From Candidatus Latescibacterota bacterium (GTDB taxonomy: Bacteria > Latescibacterota > UBA2968), in the NCBI GenBank assembly GCA_965205975.1, contig OZ242195.1, positions 2,208,001-2,272,000 of the forward strand: a stretch of 64,000 bases of DNA, read 5' to 3'. Shown here piece by piece: positions 1 to 10,299 of the stretch (the first letter of the stretch is position 1; each line of letters begins with the position of its first letter). Both the position numbers and the translations under genes were made by a program. A model generated the notes under the pieces. The model made no database searches, had not been told where the DNA came from, and was given only the letters and a program-made list of their open reading frames with translations.

Positions 1-791
1 ATTTTTTTTCCGAGTATTTCAGGATCGGGGAATTGCGGAGGGGGCGATTCGCTCGAAATTTCACCTGATATTTGCTCATTGCCATAAGCCTCGTCCAGTT
101 TGGTCAGAACATGGTCAATATCCACATCGCCGATTACAACGACCAATCTCTTCTGGCGGCGCAGAAAATTTTCATGGTACGCTTTCAGAGCAACGGGTTC
201 GAGTTGTTTAATAAAGTCCTCTGTCCCAACGCCACTAAAATCCTCTTTTTTATAGACCAGGCCCCAAAAGCGATTGACAATTTTTCTTTGAAAATCTGAC
301 CGTCTGCGGCTTATTTCCGTCAGTACAATTCTCTTCTCCTTTTTAACGACTTCTTCATTGATCACTGTGTCGTAATATCTATCGCGGTCTATCTCAACTG
401 CGAGGTCAATTTTGTCCTTTGGAAATCTCATTACAAAGTATGTGAAATGAGAAGAAGTAAAGGCGTTTAATTGTCCCCCATTCTCGTTAACGATTTGTCT
501 GAGTTGCCCATATTCCTGGCTGCCAGTACCTGATATGATATGCTCTAAGAAGTGTAGCCGTCCTTGCTTCCCTTCCTCTTCATCTGCTGAGCCAGCGCAG
601 TAGTAGGTATGGTATTCAAAGGTCGAAATTGTGCTATCTACAACAATAACGGCGTCGAGATTGGGATTGATAGTATAATGCTGTGCGGTGAGTTTTTTGG
701 ACAAAACCTCTGTCCCAACAAGCTCATAGGCCGGACAGATATCCGACAAGCCGCAGATAATGAACACAATGAGTACATGTGTTTTCATCAT
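1..791 (-). CDS. M16 (insulinase/pitrilysin) family zinc peptidase, runs off the window start
   Basis: Not in the ORF track. Manual translation from ATG at 791 is open to the window edge: MMKTHVLIVFIICG...AGSADEEEGKQGRLHFLEHIISG...NGGQLNAFTS...VVKKEKRIVLTE...VVVIGDVD. Inverted zinc motif HxxEH (HFLEH). Confidence 0.85.
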   Translation of the reverse strand, partial: MMKTHVLIVFIICGLSDICPAYELVGTEVLSKKLTAQHYTINPNLDAVIVVDSTISTFEYHTYYCAGSADEEEGKQGRLHFLEHIISGTGSQEYGQLRQIVNENGGQLNAFTSSHFTYFVMRFPKDKIDLAVEIDRDRYYDTVINEEVVKKEKRIVLTEISRRRSDFQRKIVNRFWGLVYKKEDFSGVGTEDFIKQLEPVALKAYHENFLRRQKRLVVVIGDVDIDHVLTKLDEAYGNEQISGEISSESPPPQFPDPEILGKK

Positions 792-800
792 ATTTAATAC

Positions 801-1826
801 TCACGAAAGTTCGACATCCACCGGAGCTTTTCGCTCGATACTATCGCAAATCGCTTCGCATACCACCATCGCCTGACACGCATCTCTCAGAGTTGGCGAA
901 CCTGACTCCCCTTTTTGTACAGCCCGCGCAAAAGCCTGCATTTGCCCCCAGTACCCACCTCGTTTTTCCGCATTGTCCCGCACAGCGGGCGAATACGATT
1001 GGGATGGAATACCGGGTGAGGGTTGGTATCCCCCTTCGGGCGAATGGGGTTCAAAATCCAACGTGTGCAAATTCACCAAACGCAAATGCGCCCGCGCATC
1101 GCCTGACGCTTCAATCTTACACGTCCAATTTGGGGTACAACCAGTCAGCGTAATCATCCCCGTGGCACCGCTATCAAAATGCGCGGTACAGGCAATTGCA
1201 AATCGCCCACCCTCACCAACCGACAAATCCGCGTAAACCCGCTCGATCTCCCCACCCAAAAAACGCGCGAGATCTACCGCATGTGTTGACTGAAAAATCA
1301 TATACTGCCAGCCCGCGCGATAGTCCATATCATCCGGCCACATCGGACCTGGCATAAAATATCGGCTCTCCAAAAAGAGCAATTTACCAAACTCGGGCGT
1401 CGCCATCAGTTCTCGAAATTTCTGCACCCCAGGCGCATGCCGCATATTGTGACCAATCTGCGTAATCAGTCCTCGCCCCCCAGCCATATCGGCCAACTCC
1501 CGGGCATGGGCTGTTAAACGCGCTGGAGGTTTCTCCATCATCACCGGCAACCCCGCCGCCAGCACCTGCTTGCCGCACTCAAAGTGCATATCCGGCGGCC
1601 CCACGACCATCACGGCATCCAGGTCTTCTTTCTCGATCATCTCAGACAAATTTGTGTACCATCTTCTCGCCCCAAAAAACCGCGCATTCCGCTCTGCCAG
1701 TTCCGCTTGCAAATCACAGCAGGCGTACAGGTCCAATTCCGGTATGGTTGCAAAATTGGGATACCACGATGCACTCGCCTGTCTCCCACAGCCAACAAAC
1801 CCAACGCGAACAGGTGCGTCACTCAT
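801..1826 (-). CDS. Gfo/Idh/MocA family oxidoreductase
   Basis: N-terminal Rossmann VGFVGCG, EKP motif, H-x-x-D (HAVDL). Confidence 0.9.
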   Translation of the reverse strand: MSDAPVRVGFVGCGRQASASWYPNFATIPELDLYACCDLQAELAERNARFFGARRWYTNLSEMIEKEDLDAVMVVGPPDMHFECGKQVLAAGLPVMMEKPPARLTAHARELADMAGGRGLITQIGHNMRHAPGVQKFRELMATPEFGKLLFLESRYFMPGPMWPDDMDYRAGWQYMIFQSTHAVDLARFLGGEIERVYADLSVGEGGRFAIACTAHFDSGATGMITLTGCTPNWTCKIEASGDARAHLRLVNLHTLDFEPHSPEGGYQPSPGIPSQSYSPAVRDNAEKRGGYWGQMQAFARAVQKGESGSPTLRDACQAMVVCEAICDSIERKAPVDVELS

Positions 1827-2371
1827 TTCTCACCCCTCAGTTTATTGCGAAACGACTTGCGAAACTTTTGCACCTTGGGATTGATAACAAAGATGCAATA
1901 CGGTTGATGTGGATTCTCGACAAAATAATTCTGATGATACGCTTCCCCCTCGTAAAATATTGGAAGCGGCGCAATCTCCGTCACAATCGGATCGGGCCAC
2001 AAATCCGATGCCTCTGTCTCTGCCATTGACTGCTCGGCAATTTCTTTCTGCTGTTCATCGTGATAATAGATCACCGACCGATACTGCGTACCCACGTCAT
2101 TCCCCTGGCGATTCAAAGTCGTCGGATCATGCGTGCGCCAGAAAATGAACAGGATCTCCTCAAACGAAATCACAGTCGGATCAAACACAATCTGCACCAC
2201 CTCTGCGTGCCCTGTAGTGCCTGAACACACCTCCTGATACGTCGGATTTTCTACCTCCCCTCCCGCGTACCCCGACACGACTTTATGCACGCCAATCACA
2301 TCCTGATAAATCGCCTCCACACACCAGAAACATCCGCCCCCAAGCGTCGCGGTCTCCATTGTACTGGACAT
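1823..2371 (-). CDS. msrA: peptide-methionine (S)-S-oxide reductase
   Basis: GGGCFWC active site, GYAGG, GHAEVV, RQGNDVGTQYRS, YHQNY. Start set at ATG 2371 after an AAGGAG RBS. Confidence 0.95.
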   Translation of the reverse strand: MSSTMETATLGGGCFWCVEAIYQDVIGVHKVVSGYAGGEVENPTYQEVCSGTTGHAEVVQIVFDPTVISFEEILFIFWRTHDPTTLNRQGNDVGTQYRSVIYYHDEQQKEIAEQSMAETEASDLWPDPIVTEIAPLPIFYEGEAYHQNYFVENPHQPYCIFVINPKVQKFRKSFRNKLRGEK

Positions 2372-2569
2372 AGTAATACTCCTTATATGGCTATTTACAC
2401 GCTGCATTTTGCATGCATCATATTCCCCCCCACGTCTTTTGTCAAGGTGAAATCAGAATCCCACCGTGCAACAGATGGCAATTTTCTATTTGACACACGC
2501 GCGCGATCCTGTCAAATTAAACCCTTGTCTTATACCGTTATTTTTTCGCTAACCTTAAAGGAGTGTTAC

Positions 2570-3394
2570 ATGCCCCAACGGGAATTCAACCTCAAATACG
2601 CCCCGCATTACGGCCATTTCTCAAACAGTGCGGGCGATGACTATCTCGACCAGCTCAAATACGCCGCGGATCAGGGCTTTACAGCCTGGGAAGACAATGG
2701 CATGCCCAAACGCGACATAGGAATGCAAGAAAAAATCGCCGCAGAAATGACCCGATTAAACCTCGAAATGGGTGTTTTTGTCGCCACGGGATCTTTTTCA
2801 GATGTCACATTTGCCGGCGACGATGAAGACGCAAAACAGGCCGTCTTAAAAGATATCAAAGCCGCCATTGAAGTTGCCAAGCGCGTAAATGCAAAATGGT
2901 GTACGGTCGTGCCCGGGCTTTACGACTTAAAACTCGCGTGGGATTATCAAACAGCCAATGTGATCGAACTGCTCAAACGGTGCTGCGACATTCTCGAAGA
3001 ATCGGGTCTGGTAATGGTGTTGGAACCGCTCAACCGCTTGACAAACCATCCCCGCGTTTATCTGGCTGGCTCGCCGCAAGCATATCTGGTCTGCCAGGCC
3101 GTCAACCACCCGTGTTGCAAAATCCTCTTTGACATCTACCACCAGCAAATCACCGAAGGCAATCTCATTCCCAATATCGACCGTTGCTGGTCTGAAATCG
3201 GCGTTTTTCAAGTGGGAGACAACCCCGGTCGCAAAGAACCCACCACTGGCGAAATCAACTACAAAAGTATCTTCAAACATCTACATGAAAAAGGCTGTAC
3301 AAGCATCGTCGGCATGGAACACGGCATCAGCCTGCCCGGCAAAGAAGGCGAAGACCGCCTGATCCAGGCTTATGTCGAATCGGATGATTTTTAG
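2570..3394 (+). CDS. hydroxypyruvate isomerase-like TIM-barrel protein (Hyi/AP_endonuc_2 family)
   Basis: LEPLN, LFDIYHQQITEGN, DNPGRKEPTTGEINY, GMEH. ATG 2570 follows AAGGAG. Confidence 0.85.
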   Translation: MPQREFNLKYAPHYGHFSNSAGDDYLDQLKYAADQGFTAWEDNGMPKRDIGMQEKIAAEMTRLNLEMGVFVATGSFSDVTFAGDDEDAKQAVLKDIKAAIEVAKRVNAKWCTVVPGLYDLKLAWDYQTANVIELLKRCCDILEESGLVMVLEPLNRLTNHPRVYLAGSPQAYLVCQAVNHPCCKILFDIYHQQITEGNLIPNIDRCWSEIGVFQVGDNPGRKEPTTGEINYKSIFKHLHEKGCTSIVGMEHGISLPGKEGEDRLIQAYVESDDF

Positions 3395-3490
3395 ATCCGC
3401 AGATAGACGCAGATGAAAGGCGAGGAACCGGTGAAGTGGCCCTCTTACGTCTTGCGTCGCACCTTTCACGCCTTTTAAGGAGCCTATCTC

Positions 3491-4489
3491 ATGAAAGCAA
3501 TTCTCGTCGGCCTCGGTGGTCGTGCGCGTCACTGGCAGGCCGCGTGCGAAGCACATCCCGAAGTCGAATTGGTCGCCTATGTCGAACCCTCAGAAGAAAA
3601 TAAAAAACGCGCGATAGAAGAACGCGGCGTCCCTGCGAATCTCATCTACGACGACCTCAGCGATGCCGCCTCAGTAGAAGCTGACTTTGTCGTTGACGTC
3701 ACCCCACCCGCTGTTCACGAAATCATCGCGATGAAAGCCTTTGATGCGGGCCTCAATCTATTGGGCGAAAAACCCCTGAGCGATAATTTCGAAGCCGCCA
3801 AACGCATCGTTGAAGCGGGTAAAAAAGCGGGTGTCAAACACATGATCACACAGAATTATCGCTTTAATGAACTGCCCCGCACCACGCGGCGCCTGCTCGA
3901 AGCCAGACATATTGGCGATGTGGCGCAACTCGACGTATCGCTCTATGTCGATTGGGCAGACAACCCGGGCAGCCACTATGTGACGGAACCCTATATGTTC
4001 CTCACCGACATGGGCATCCATCACTTTGACATGATGCGCTATACCCTCAATGCCGACCCCGTCAGCGCACACGCCATCACCTGGAATTTGCCCTGGGGCT
4101 GGCATCGGGGCGACGCCTGTCAGATTATCGTCTTCAAATTTGAAAACGGCATTGTCGCCACACATCGCGGTATTGGCTGTACAATGGGACATGTACCTGC
4201 GGGACACAACGGCGAATGGCGCTACGAAGGACCAAAAGGCACGTTGACCTGGGAGGGTTTTGATCTCTTTTACACACTCAAACACAAACAAAATCCACAA
4301 ATCCGCGAGCAAATCGAACTCGACGAAATCGACGGACCCAATCCCGTGCTCAACGAATTTGTCCGCGCCCTTCGCGAAGACCGCCAACCCGAATGCAATG
4401 CCGAAGACAACCTGAAATCCATGTCCATGGTCTTCGGATCCGTCACGAGTGCAAAAGAAGGACGCGAGGTACAACTATCAGAACTTTAA
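3491..4489 (+). CDS. Gfo/Idh/MocA family oxidoreductase
   Basis: ILVGLGG, EKPL, QNYRF, DMGIHHFD. Confidence 0.9.
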   Translation: MKAILVGLGGRARHWQAACEAHPEVELVAYVEPSEENKKRAIEERGVPANLIYDDLSDAASVEADFVVDVTPPAVHEIIAMKAFDAGLNLLGEKPLSDNFEAAKRIVEAGKKAGVKHMITQNYRFNELPRTTRRLLEARHIGDVAQLDVSLYVDWADNPGSHYVTEPYMFLTDMGIHHFDMMRYTLNADPVSAHAITWNLPWGWHRGDACQIIVFKFENGIVATHRGIGCTMGHVPAGHNGEWRYEGPKGTLTWEGFDLFYTLKHKQNPQIREQIELDEIDGPNPVLNEFVRALREDRQPECNAEDNLKSMSMVFGSVTSAKEGREVQLSEL

Positions 4490-4544
4490 GTAAAGGATCT
4501 GTGAGATTCTTGAACTGACATCAAAACAGATTGCACAATCTCGA

Positions 4545-4736
4545 GTGATCGCCAAAGGCAATCGCATTCGCGAGGTTCAACGTCTGATTCATACTTATGG
4601 TGGTCGCGCATCGAGATGGGTTAAAAAGAGCAGTCCCCGCTTTGAAATTGCCGGGTATCAATACGAAATTCACTGGTATGAACATCCCGATATTGGCCGC
4701 ATTGAGTTAAAACAAAAACGAGTTAATTCGCTATGA
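4545..4736 (+). CDS. small basic hypothetical protein, putative toxin of a TA-like pair
   Basis: 63 aa, IAKGNRIRE..RL...YG...EIHWYEH..IG..E.K pattern; stop overlaps the next ATG (ATGA). Confidence 0.55.
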   Translation: MIAKGNRIREVQRLIHTYGGRASRWVKKSSPRFEIAGYQYEIHWYEHPDIGRIELKQKRVNSL

Positions 4737-5068
4737 TTGTTCAATTTAGAGAACAAAACAACGAATACCCCGATCTCACGCCTAATCAATATTATGTCGT
4801 AATTGGGATAGAAGCCGATGATTTTAGGATTTTGAACGACGCGGGCAGACCCTTTCTCTATAATGCTTCGTCATTTGAGGTAGTCGATCCTAAAGAGCCT
4901 GATGATTGGGTAACAGAGATTGGCGAAGATGGCGAGCGTTATGCCTATCCATTGCCGTTAAATTCGGTTGGTTTTTTTGAAGATTTTTTTGACGGAAAGA
5001 AAGACGCAGTCGTCACATTCTGGCGGGTTGTCAATCATCAGCTTGCTGCTGCATCGGAAACTGTTTAA
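4733..5068 (+). CDS. small acidic hypothetical protein, putative antitoxin/immunity partner
   Basis: 111 aa, acidic, YPDLT...Y.VIGIEAD..RILND.G.P.LY; coupled to the upstream ORF. Confidence 0.6.
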   Translation: MIVQFREQNNEYPDLTPNQYYVVIGIEADDFRILNDAGRPFLYNASSFEVVDPKEPDDWVTEIGEDGERYAYPLPLNSVGFFEDFFDGKKDAVVTFWRVVNHQLAAASETV

Positions 5069-5083
5069 GATAAAGGAGACCAC

Positions 5084-6388
5084 ATGTCAGACCTGCAGGG
5101 TGACACGAGTTGGTTTACGCACGACCGTTTTGGATTATTCATCCACTGGGGATTATACGCATTGCCCGCACGGCACGAGTGGGTAAAGCAGCGAGAAGAA
5201 ATATCCGACGCGCAATACGATCGGTATTTGAAATACTTTGATCCGGATTTGTACGATCCCGAAGCCTGGGCAGATGCGGCGGCCAATGCGGGCATGAAGT
5301 ATTTTTGTGTCACCACCAAACACCACGAAGGCTTCGCGCTGTGGGACTCCAAACTGACGGAATACAAAGCGACCAATACACCCGCGCACAGGGATTTGTT
5401 AAAACCCATGGTAGAAGCGTTTCGCTCACGGGGAATGAAAGTCGGCTTTTACCATTCCCTGATCGACTGGCACCACCCGCATTTCAGAATTGACGCCATT
5501 CACAGCATGCGGAACCACCCCGATAAGGACAAACTGAACGAACCGCGCGATCAAGCCCAATACGCGGCGTATTTGCGCGGTCAAGTCCGCGAATTGCTCA
5601 CCGAATACGGCAAAGTGGATATGCTATTTTACGATTTCAGCTATCCGGCTGGTGCAAAGGGCAGACCCGAGGGTTTTGACGGCAAGGGACGAGATGATTG
5701 GAACAGCATCGAACTGATGAAAATGACGCGCGAGTTGCAGCCGGGTATTGTGATTAACGACCGACTGGACCTGGACGATGTGGAAGGCGGATGGGATTAT
5801 CGCACACCCGAACAATTCATGCCGCGAGAGTGGGTCACCTATCAGGGCGAGCGCGTATTGTGGGAGACCTGTCAAACATTTTCGGGGTCGTGGGGCTATC
5901 ACCGCGATGAAACAAGTTGGAAAAGCATCGAGCAACTCGTGCAAATGCTGGTCGGCGTGGTAAGCCGCGGAGGCAACTTATTGCTCAATGTCGGACCCAC
6001 CGGACGCGGGGTATTTGACGATCGGGCATTGCATTGCCTGAGCGAAATGGGCGAATGGATGAAATGGCACAGCCGATCCATTTATGGATGTACTGCCGCG
6101 CCAGAGGAATTTCAGACGCCAGAGGATTGCCGCTTGACCTATAATCCCGAGACCAATCGGATGTACGTACACCTGTTCACCTATCCGTTCCGCCATCTGC
6201 ATCTCGACGGATTTGCCGGCAAGGTAGAATACGCCCAGTTATTAAACGATGCTTCAGAAGTGCGATTTCACCAACCCCGCGCTGGACACACGGGAGACAG
6301 CAGTATCGAAAGAGAAACCCTCACACTGGAATTACCCGTGCAAAAACCCAATGTAACAGTACCCGTAGTCGAGTTATTTTTGAAGTAG
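5084..6388 (+). CDS. alpha-L-fucosidase (GH29)
   Basis: RFGLFIHWGLY, TTKHHEGF, GFYHSLIDWHHP, VINDR, SWGY, GGNLLLNVGP. Confidence 0.93.
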   Translation: MSDLQGDTSWFTHDRFGLFIHWGLYALPARHEWVKQREEISDAQYDRYLKYFDPDLYDPEAWADAAANAGMKYFCVTTKHHEGFALWDSKLTEYKATNTPAHRDLLKPMVEAFRSRGMKVGFYHSLIDWHHPHFRIDAIHSMRNHPDKDKLNEPRDQAQYAAYLRGQVRELLTEYGKVDMLFYDFSYPAGAKGRPEGFDGKGRDDWNSIELMKMTRELQPGIVINDRLDLDDVEGGWDYRTPEQFMPREWVTYQGERVLWETCQTFSGSWGYHRDETSWKSIEQLVQMLVGVVSRGGNLLLNVGPTGRGVFDDRALHCLSEMGEWMKWHSRSIYGCTAAPEEFQTPEDCRLTYNPETNRMYVHLFTYPFRHLHLDGFAGKVEYAQLLNDASEVRFHQPRAGHTGDSSIERETLTLELPVQKPNVTVPVVELFLK

Positions 6389-6445
6389 GGGCGATCCGTG
6401 AACTGGTCTGGGCTGCGACCAGTTGTACACCGCTCGTGGTCGCCC
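6385..6445. repeat. GTAG-type REP-like palindromic element
   Basis: GTAGGGGCGA...TCGCCC with an inner AACTGGTC...GACCAGTT stem; related elements at 16094 and 44123. Confidence 0.6.
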
Positions 6446-6476
6446 GTAGTCAAGTTATTTTTAAAGGAGTAAAAAA

Positions 6477-7184
6477 ATGACAATGACAGAAACGACCTTG
6501 CGAAAACTCAGTGCCGACGAGTTGGAAATCTATCGCGAACAGGGCTATGTGATTGTGCCAGACGTTTTTCCGCTGAAGGAACTCGCGGAAATCGACCGCG
6601 AGATCGATCGCCTTCAGGAAACACAAAAAAAAACGGGGCGCAACAAAGGATGGATCATGCAGTTGGGATTGCGCTCAGAAGTGACCCGCCAATTTGTCCA
6701 GGATGAGCGGGTATTGACACTGATCGAAGACATTGTAAAACCCGGCATTTCGATTTATTCGGCCAAGTTGACGGCAAAAGTGCCGCATTCCAACGACATC
6801 TGCCACTGGCACCAGGACGACGCGTATTACAATACGCGCGCCCTGAGCAAAACGCGCATGTCCACCTGGATACCGCTACAGGATGCGGATGAGACAAATG
6901 GGTGTTTGTGGGTCGTGCCACAAAGCCATAAGGGCGGCGTGGTCACGCATGGACCATTTGGCGGACAATGCCCAAAGTGTATGGGACCAGCCGATCTCAT
7001 GTTCGATGATGCGATCCCCTGTCCTGTAAAAGCCGGGGATATCCTTTTATTCCACGCCTGTTTGTGGCATCATTCCAAAGGCAACCAGACAGACCATGTG
7101 CGGCGGGCATTTATTGTCTCTTATCAAGAGGCCACCGTGCCGCGTGGCAATGGCGATCAGTATAAAATTCTGAGGTCCGCATAA
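6477..7184 (+). CDS. phytanoyl-CoA dioxygenase (PhyH) family Fe/2OG dioxygenase
   Basis: WHQD, WIPLQDA..TNGCL.VVP.SHK, GDILLFH...HHS..N...R. Confidence 0.9.
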   Translation: MTMTETTLRKLSADELEIYREQGYVIVPDVFPLKELAEIDREIDRLQETQKKTGRNKGWIMQLGLRSEVTRQFVQDERVLTLIEDIVKPGISIYSAKLTAKVPHSNDICHWHQDDAYYNTRALSKTRMSTWIPLQDADETNGCLWVVPQSHKGGVVTHGPFGGQCPKCMGPADLMFDDAIPCPVKAGDILLFHACLWHHSKGNQTDHVRRAFIVSYQEATVPRGNGDQYKILRSA

Positions 7185-7240
7185 GGAGATGGTAGAACAG
7201 GAGTTTGGGATCTGTTGTTCCCGCTCGACTTTTACCTTGT

Positions 7241-10200
7241 ATGAAATATAAAATCCCAAAACTAAAGATTTTCTCGCTTCTCCCCCCCATCCGCGTATTA
7301 TCCTTCCTATTCTTGTGCGCTACCCTATTGCACGCACCCACCTGGGCGCAATCTCAGGCGACCACCGGCGTTATCCGCGGCTTTGTCTGGGATCAGTTCG
7401 GCAACCCCATTGGCAACGCCACCATCGCCCTCAAAGAAACCAGCACCAATTACCGGCGCACCCTCACATCATCCGATCTGGGGATATTCACCGCGACCCT
7501 GTTGCCCCTGGGTTTTTACGACATCACAGTACAGGCGGAGGGACAGGCAGAAGTGCGTCAAACAGGGGTGCAAGTGCGGGTTGGCGAGACAGTGGAACTC
7601 GTCTTCAAAATGGCATTGCAAATGGACGAAGTCCTCATCGAAGCCACGAGACCCGCCGTTGACATTACCCAGAGCGAAACAGCCACGCGCCTGCCCGAAG
7701 CAGCCGTGCAGGACCTGCCCAACAACGGGCGCAATTTCCTCAATCTCACGCTGTTGACTCCGGGCGTGAGCATCGTGCAAGGACCTGATGGCGATGAATT
7801 GACCATTGCCGGTCAGCGCGGCATACACAACAACATCTCGGTAGATGGCGCGGATTTCAACAACCCCTTCTTCGGCGAACAGCGCGGCGGACAGCGCCCC
7901 GCCTTCACCTTTAATTTAAACGCAGTAGCGGAAATGGTAGTCGTACCCCAGGGAGCCAATGCCGAATTTGGACGCTCCAGCGGGGGCTTTGTCAATGTCA
8001 TCACCAAATCGGGCACCAACCAATTCCAAGGCTCCGTACATTTTTTTGGCAAACACGACGCCCTGTCCAGCACAGCAAGGCACAACGGGATGGAACGCAC
8101 GCCCAATTTCAAACAGGGGCAATTCGGCTTCACCCTGGGTGGCCCACTCAAAAAGGACAGGGCATTTTTCTTTGCCGCGTATGACCAGCAAATTTTCAGA
8201 GATACCAAACAGAACAATATCGAGCGAGGGGATGCCCGCCTGCGCCACTTCATATCGACCGGATTCAATGGCGTTTTATCCGACGACTACGGTGCCATAG
8301 ATCGCACCAACGATGCCCGCGCGTTTCTCCTCAAAGTCGATTACCACCTGTCGCAGGAACACTCCGCCACCTTCAAATACAATTACACCTGGTCCGAACA
8401 GGAAAACGGCACCTTTGATGTGGACTCGTGGGCGCGTAGCGCCAATGCGATAGAAAGGGACTGGTCACACGCCTTCAATGGCAGTCTGGTCTCGCTTCTA
8501 TCCACCAGCACGGTAAATGAATTCCGCTTCCAAATCGCCCGCGAAGACCGTCCTCGTCCCTACGGTGGACCGCAAAATCCCAATACCGGGCGTCCCTTTC
8601 CCGATACGGGCATGGACTTTGTACACGGCTATCGCTTTGGCATGCCCTTCTTCATTCCCATCGAATACTACGACTCCCGCATCCAGTTGCTCAACAATAT
8701 CTCTATAAGCAAGGACAATCACCTGATCAAAGCCGGGATCGAATGGAACCGCGTCGAATCCGTACAAACCTTTATCGGTTTTGCCAATGGGCGCTACATC
8801 TTCAATTCCGTAGATGGCTTTCTCAACTTCGTCCAGCAGGGCAACAGTTATGTCGAATGCTCAGACGGCAGCACCAGTTCCACCGGGACCTGTCCCGACG
8901 GAACGGAAATCACCGGGCCTGTTCTCATCTACTTGCAGCAGTCCGGCGTCGGCGGCCTGAGCGTAGAAGATGCGGGCACGCAGAAGATCCCCCAGCACGA
9001 ACTGGCTCTGTTTGTGCAGGATAGTTGGCAACCCTCGAACAAACTCACACTCAATTATGGCTTGCGCTGGGAAGCGCAGATCCAGCCCGATGTAATCACC
9101 GATCCAGACGAGGTCTTTTTCGCAGATTTCATTGGCAAAACTGTCACCAACCAGACGGGCACATACACATTCCCATCCAACGGCAAAATCCCCTCTGCCT
9201 GGGATATGTTCCAGCCGCGGTTGGGCATAGCTTACGATGTACACGGCGACAATAAGACCCTGTTGCGAGGTAGCGCGGGGATCTACTACGCCCGCATTCC
9301 CGGCTTGAACCTGGCGGGCACCCGCTCGACCAATGGCTCGCGGGGGCAATCCATCTTCCGCTCCAGCGCACTGACGCCCATTTTGGGTCCGCCCCCGACC
9401 TACGGCGAGTTATTGCCCTCACCCACTGGCGATCCCTTTCGCCCCAATATCTTTGTCTTCGACAAAAATTTTAAAAACCCCCGCACCATCAGCACGCATG
9501 TGGGCCTCGAACGCGAATTACATGCAAAGGGGGTAGTCGGTACCTTCGGCTATACATACTCCCACACCAACAACTTGACGCGCTTTGTCAACCGCAACGA
9601 CGCGGTCTTCGGTTCACCTTGGTCAACGGGTTTGGGTCCCGATAGCAGCAACGGCGTCGGCGACTTGGCCGTGGTCGAGAGCACAGCCAAATCGCGCTAT
9701 CATGGCCTCAGCTTTGGGCTGCGCCAGATGGTGCGAGACGATTTCCAATTCCAGATGAACTATACCCTGTCGTGGGACAAATCCGACGACGACAACGAGC
9801 GCGATCCCTTCACCTTCCGCTACGTCGATGCAACGCAATTGGACCGCGAATGGGGCTATTCAGACCGCGACCAGCGCCACCGCTTCAATCTGTGGACCCT
9901 ATCCAGATTGCCCGGCGATCTATTCCTCAACAATCGCATAAGCTACTATTCGGCACAACCGACCTCCGCATCCTGCACGGGCCAGCCCACGACCAACCCC
10001 TGGGGCGCTACCTCTGACCGTATATGCGCCGACGGCAGCATTATCCAGCGCAACACCCTCCGCAAAGACAATGCCTTCTTCTCATGGGACACGCGCCTGT
10101 CCCGCCCCATCCCATTGGGCAACGGCCACTTGGAAGCCATCGTCGAAGTCTTCAACCTGCTCAACACAGACAACTTCCGCGATCCCTCCACCGCGGGCCT

Positions 10201-10282
10201 GCTCTTCAACTTTGACGGCACCGTCCAATCGGGCCTCGGCGACCCACGCGAAGTGCAAATCGGCATGCGCTACGTTTTTTAA
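7241..10282 (+). CDS. TonB-dependent receptor with N-terminal carboxypeptidase-regulatory-like domain (Oar-like)
   Basis: Signal peptide, LP.NGRNF..L..LTPGV, AEFGRSSGG.VNVITKSGTN, LNYGLRWE, QPRLG.AYD, C-terminal Phe (RYVF). Confidence 0.9.
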   Translation: MKYKIPKLKIFSLLPPIRVLSFLFLCATLLHAPTWAQSQATTGVIRGFVWDQFGNPIGNATIALKETSTNYRRTLTSSDLGIFTATLLPLGFYDITVQAEGQAEVRQTGVQVRVGETVELVFKMALQMDEVLIEATRPAVDITQSETATRLPEAAVQDLPNNGRNFLNLTLLTPGVSIVQGPDGDELTIAGQRGIHNNISVDGADFNNPFFGEQRGGQRPAFTFNLNAVAEMVVVPQGANAEFGRSSGGFVNVITKSGTNQFQGSVHFFGKHDALSSTARHNGMERTPNFKQGQFGFTLGGPLKKDRAFFFAAYDQQIFRDTKQNNIERGDARLRHFISTGFNGVLSDDYGAIDRTNDARAFLLKVDYHLSQEHSATFKYNYTWSEQENGTFDVDSWARSANAIERDWSHAFNGSLVSLLSTSTVNEFRFQIAREDRPRPYGGPQNPNTGRPFPDTGMDFVHGYRFGMPFFIPIEYYDSRIQLLNNISISKDNHLIKAGIEWNRVESVQTFIGFANGRYIFNSVDGFLNFVQQGNSYVECSDGSTSSTGTCPDGTEITGPVLIYLQQSGVGGLSVEDAGTQKIPQHELALFVQDSWQPSNKLTLNYGLRWEAQIQPDVITDPDEVFFADFIGKTVTNQTGTYTFPSNGKIPSAWDMFQPRLGIAYDVHGDNKTLLRGSAGIYYARIPGLNLAGTRSTNGSRGQSIFRSSALTPILGPPPTYGELLPSPTGDPFRPNIFVFDKNFKNPRTISTHVGLERELHAKGVVGTFGYTYSHTNNLTRFVNRNDAVFGSPWSTGLGPDSSNGVGDLAVVESTAKSRYHGLSFGLRQMVRDDFQFQMNYTLSWDKSDDDNERDPFTFRYVDATQLDREWGYSDRDQRHRFNLWTLSRLPGDLFLNNRISYYSAQPTSASCTGQPTTNPWGATSDRICADGSIIQRNTLRKDNAFFSWDTRLSRPIPLGNGHLEAIVEVFNLLNTDNFRDPSTAGLLFNFDGTVQSGLGDPREVQIGMRYVF

Positions 10283-10299
10283 TTGTAGTGAGAGAGAAA

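Noticed and set aside
2285..2569. 95-codon N-terminal extension of the Hyi-like ORF
   Set aside because: Overlaps msrA on the other strand; the RBS supports ATG 2570.
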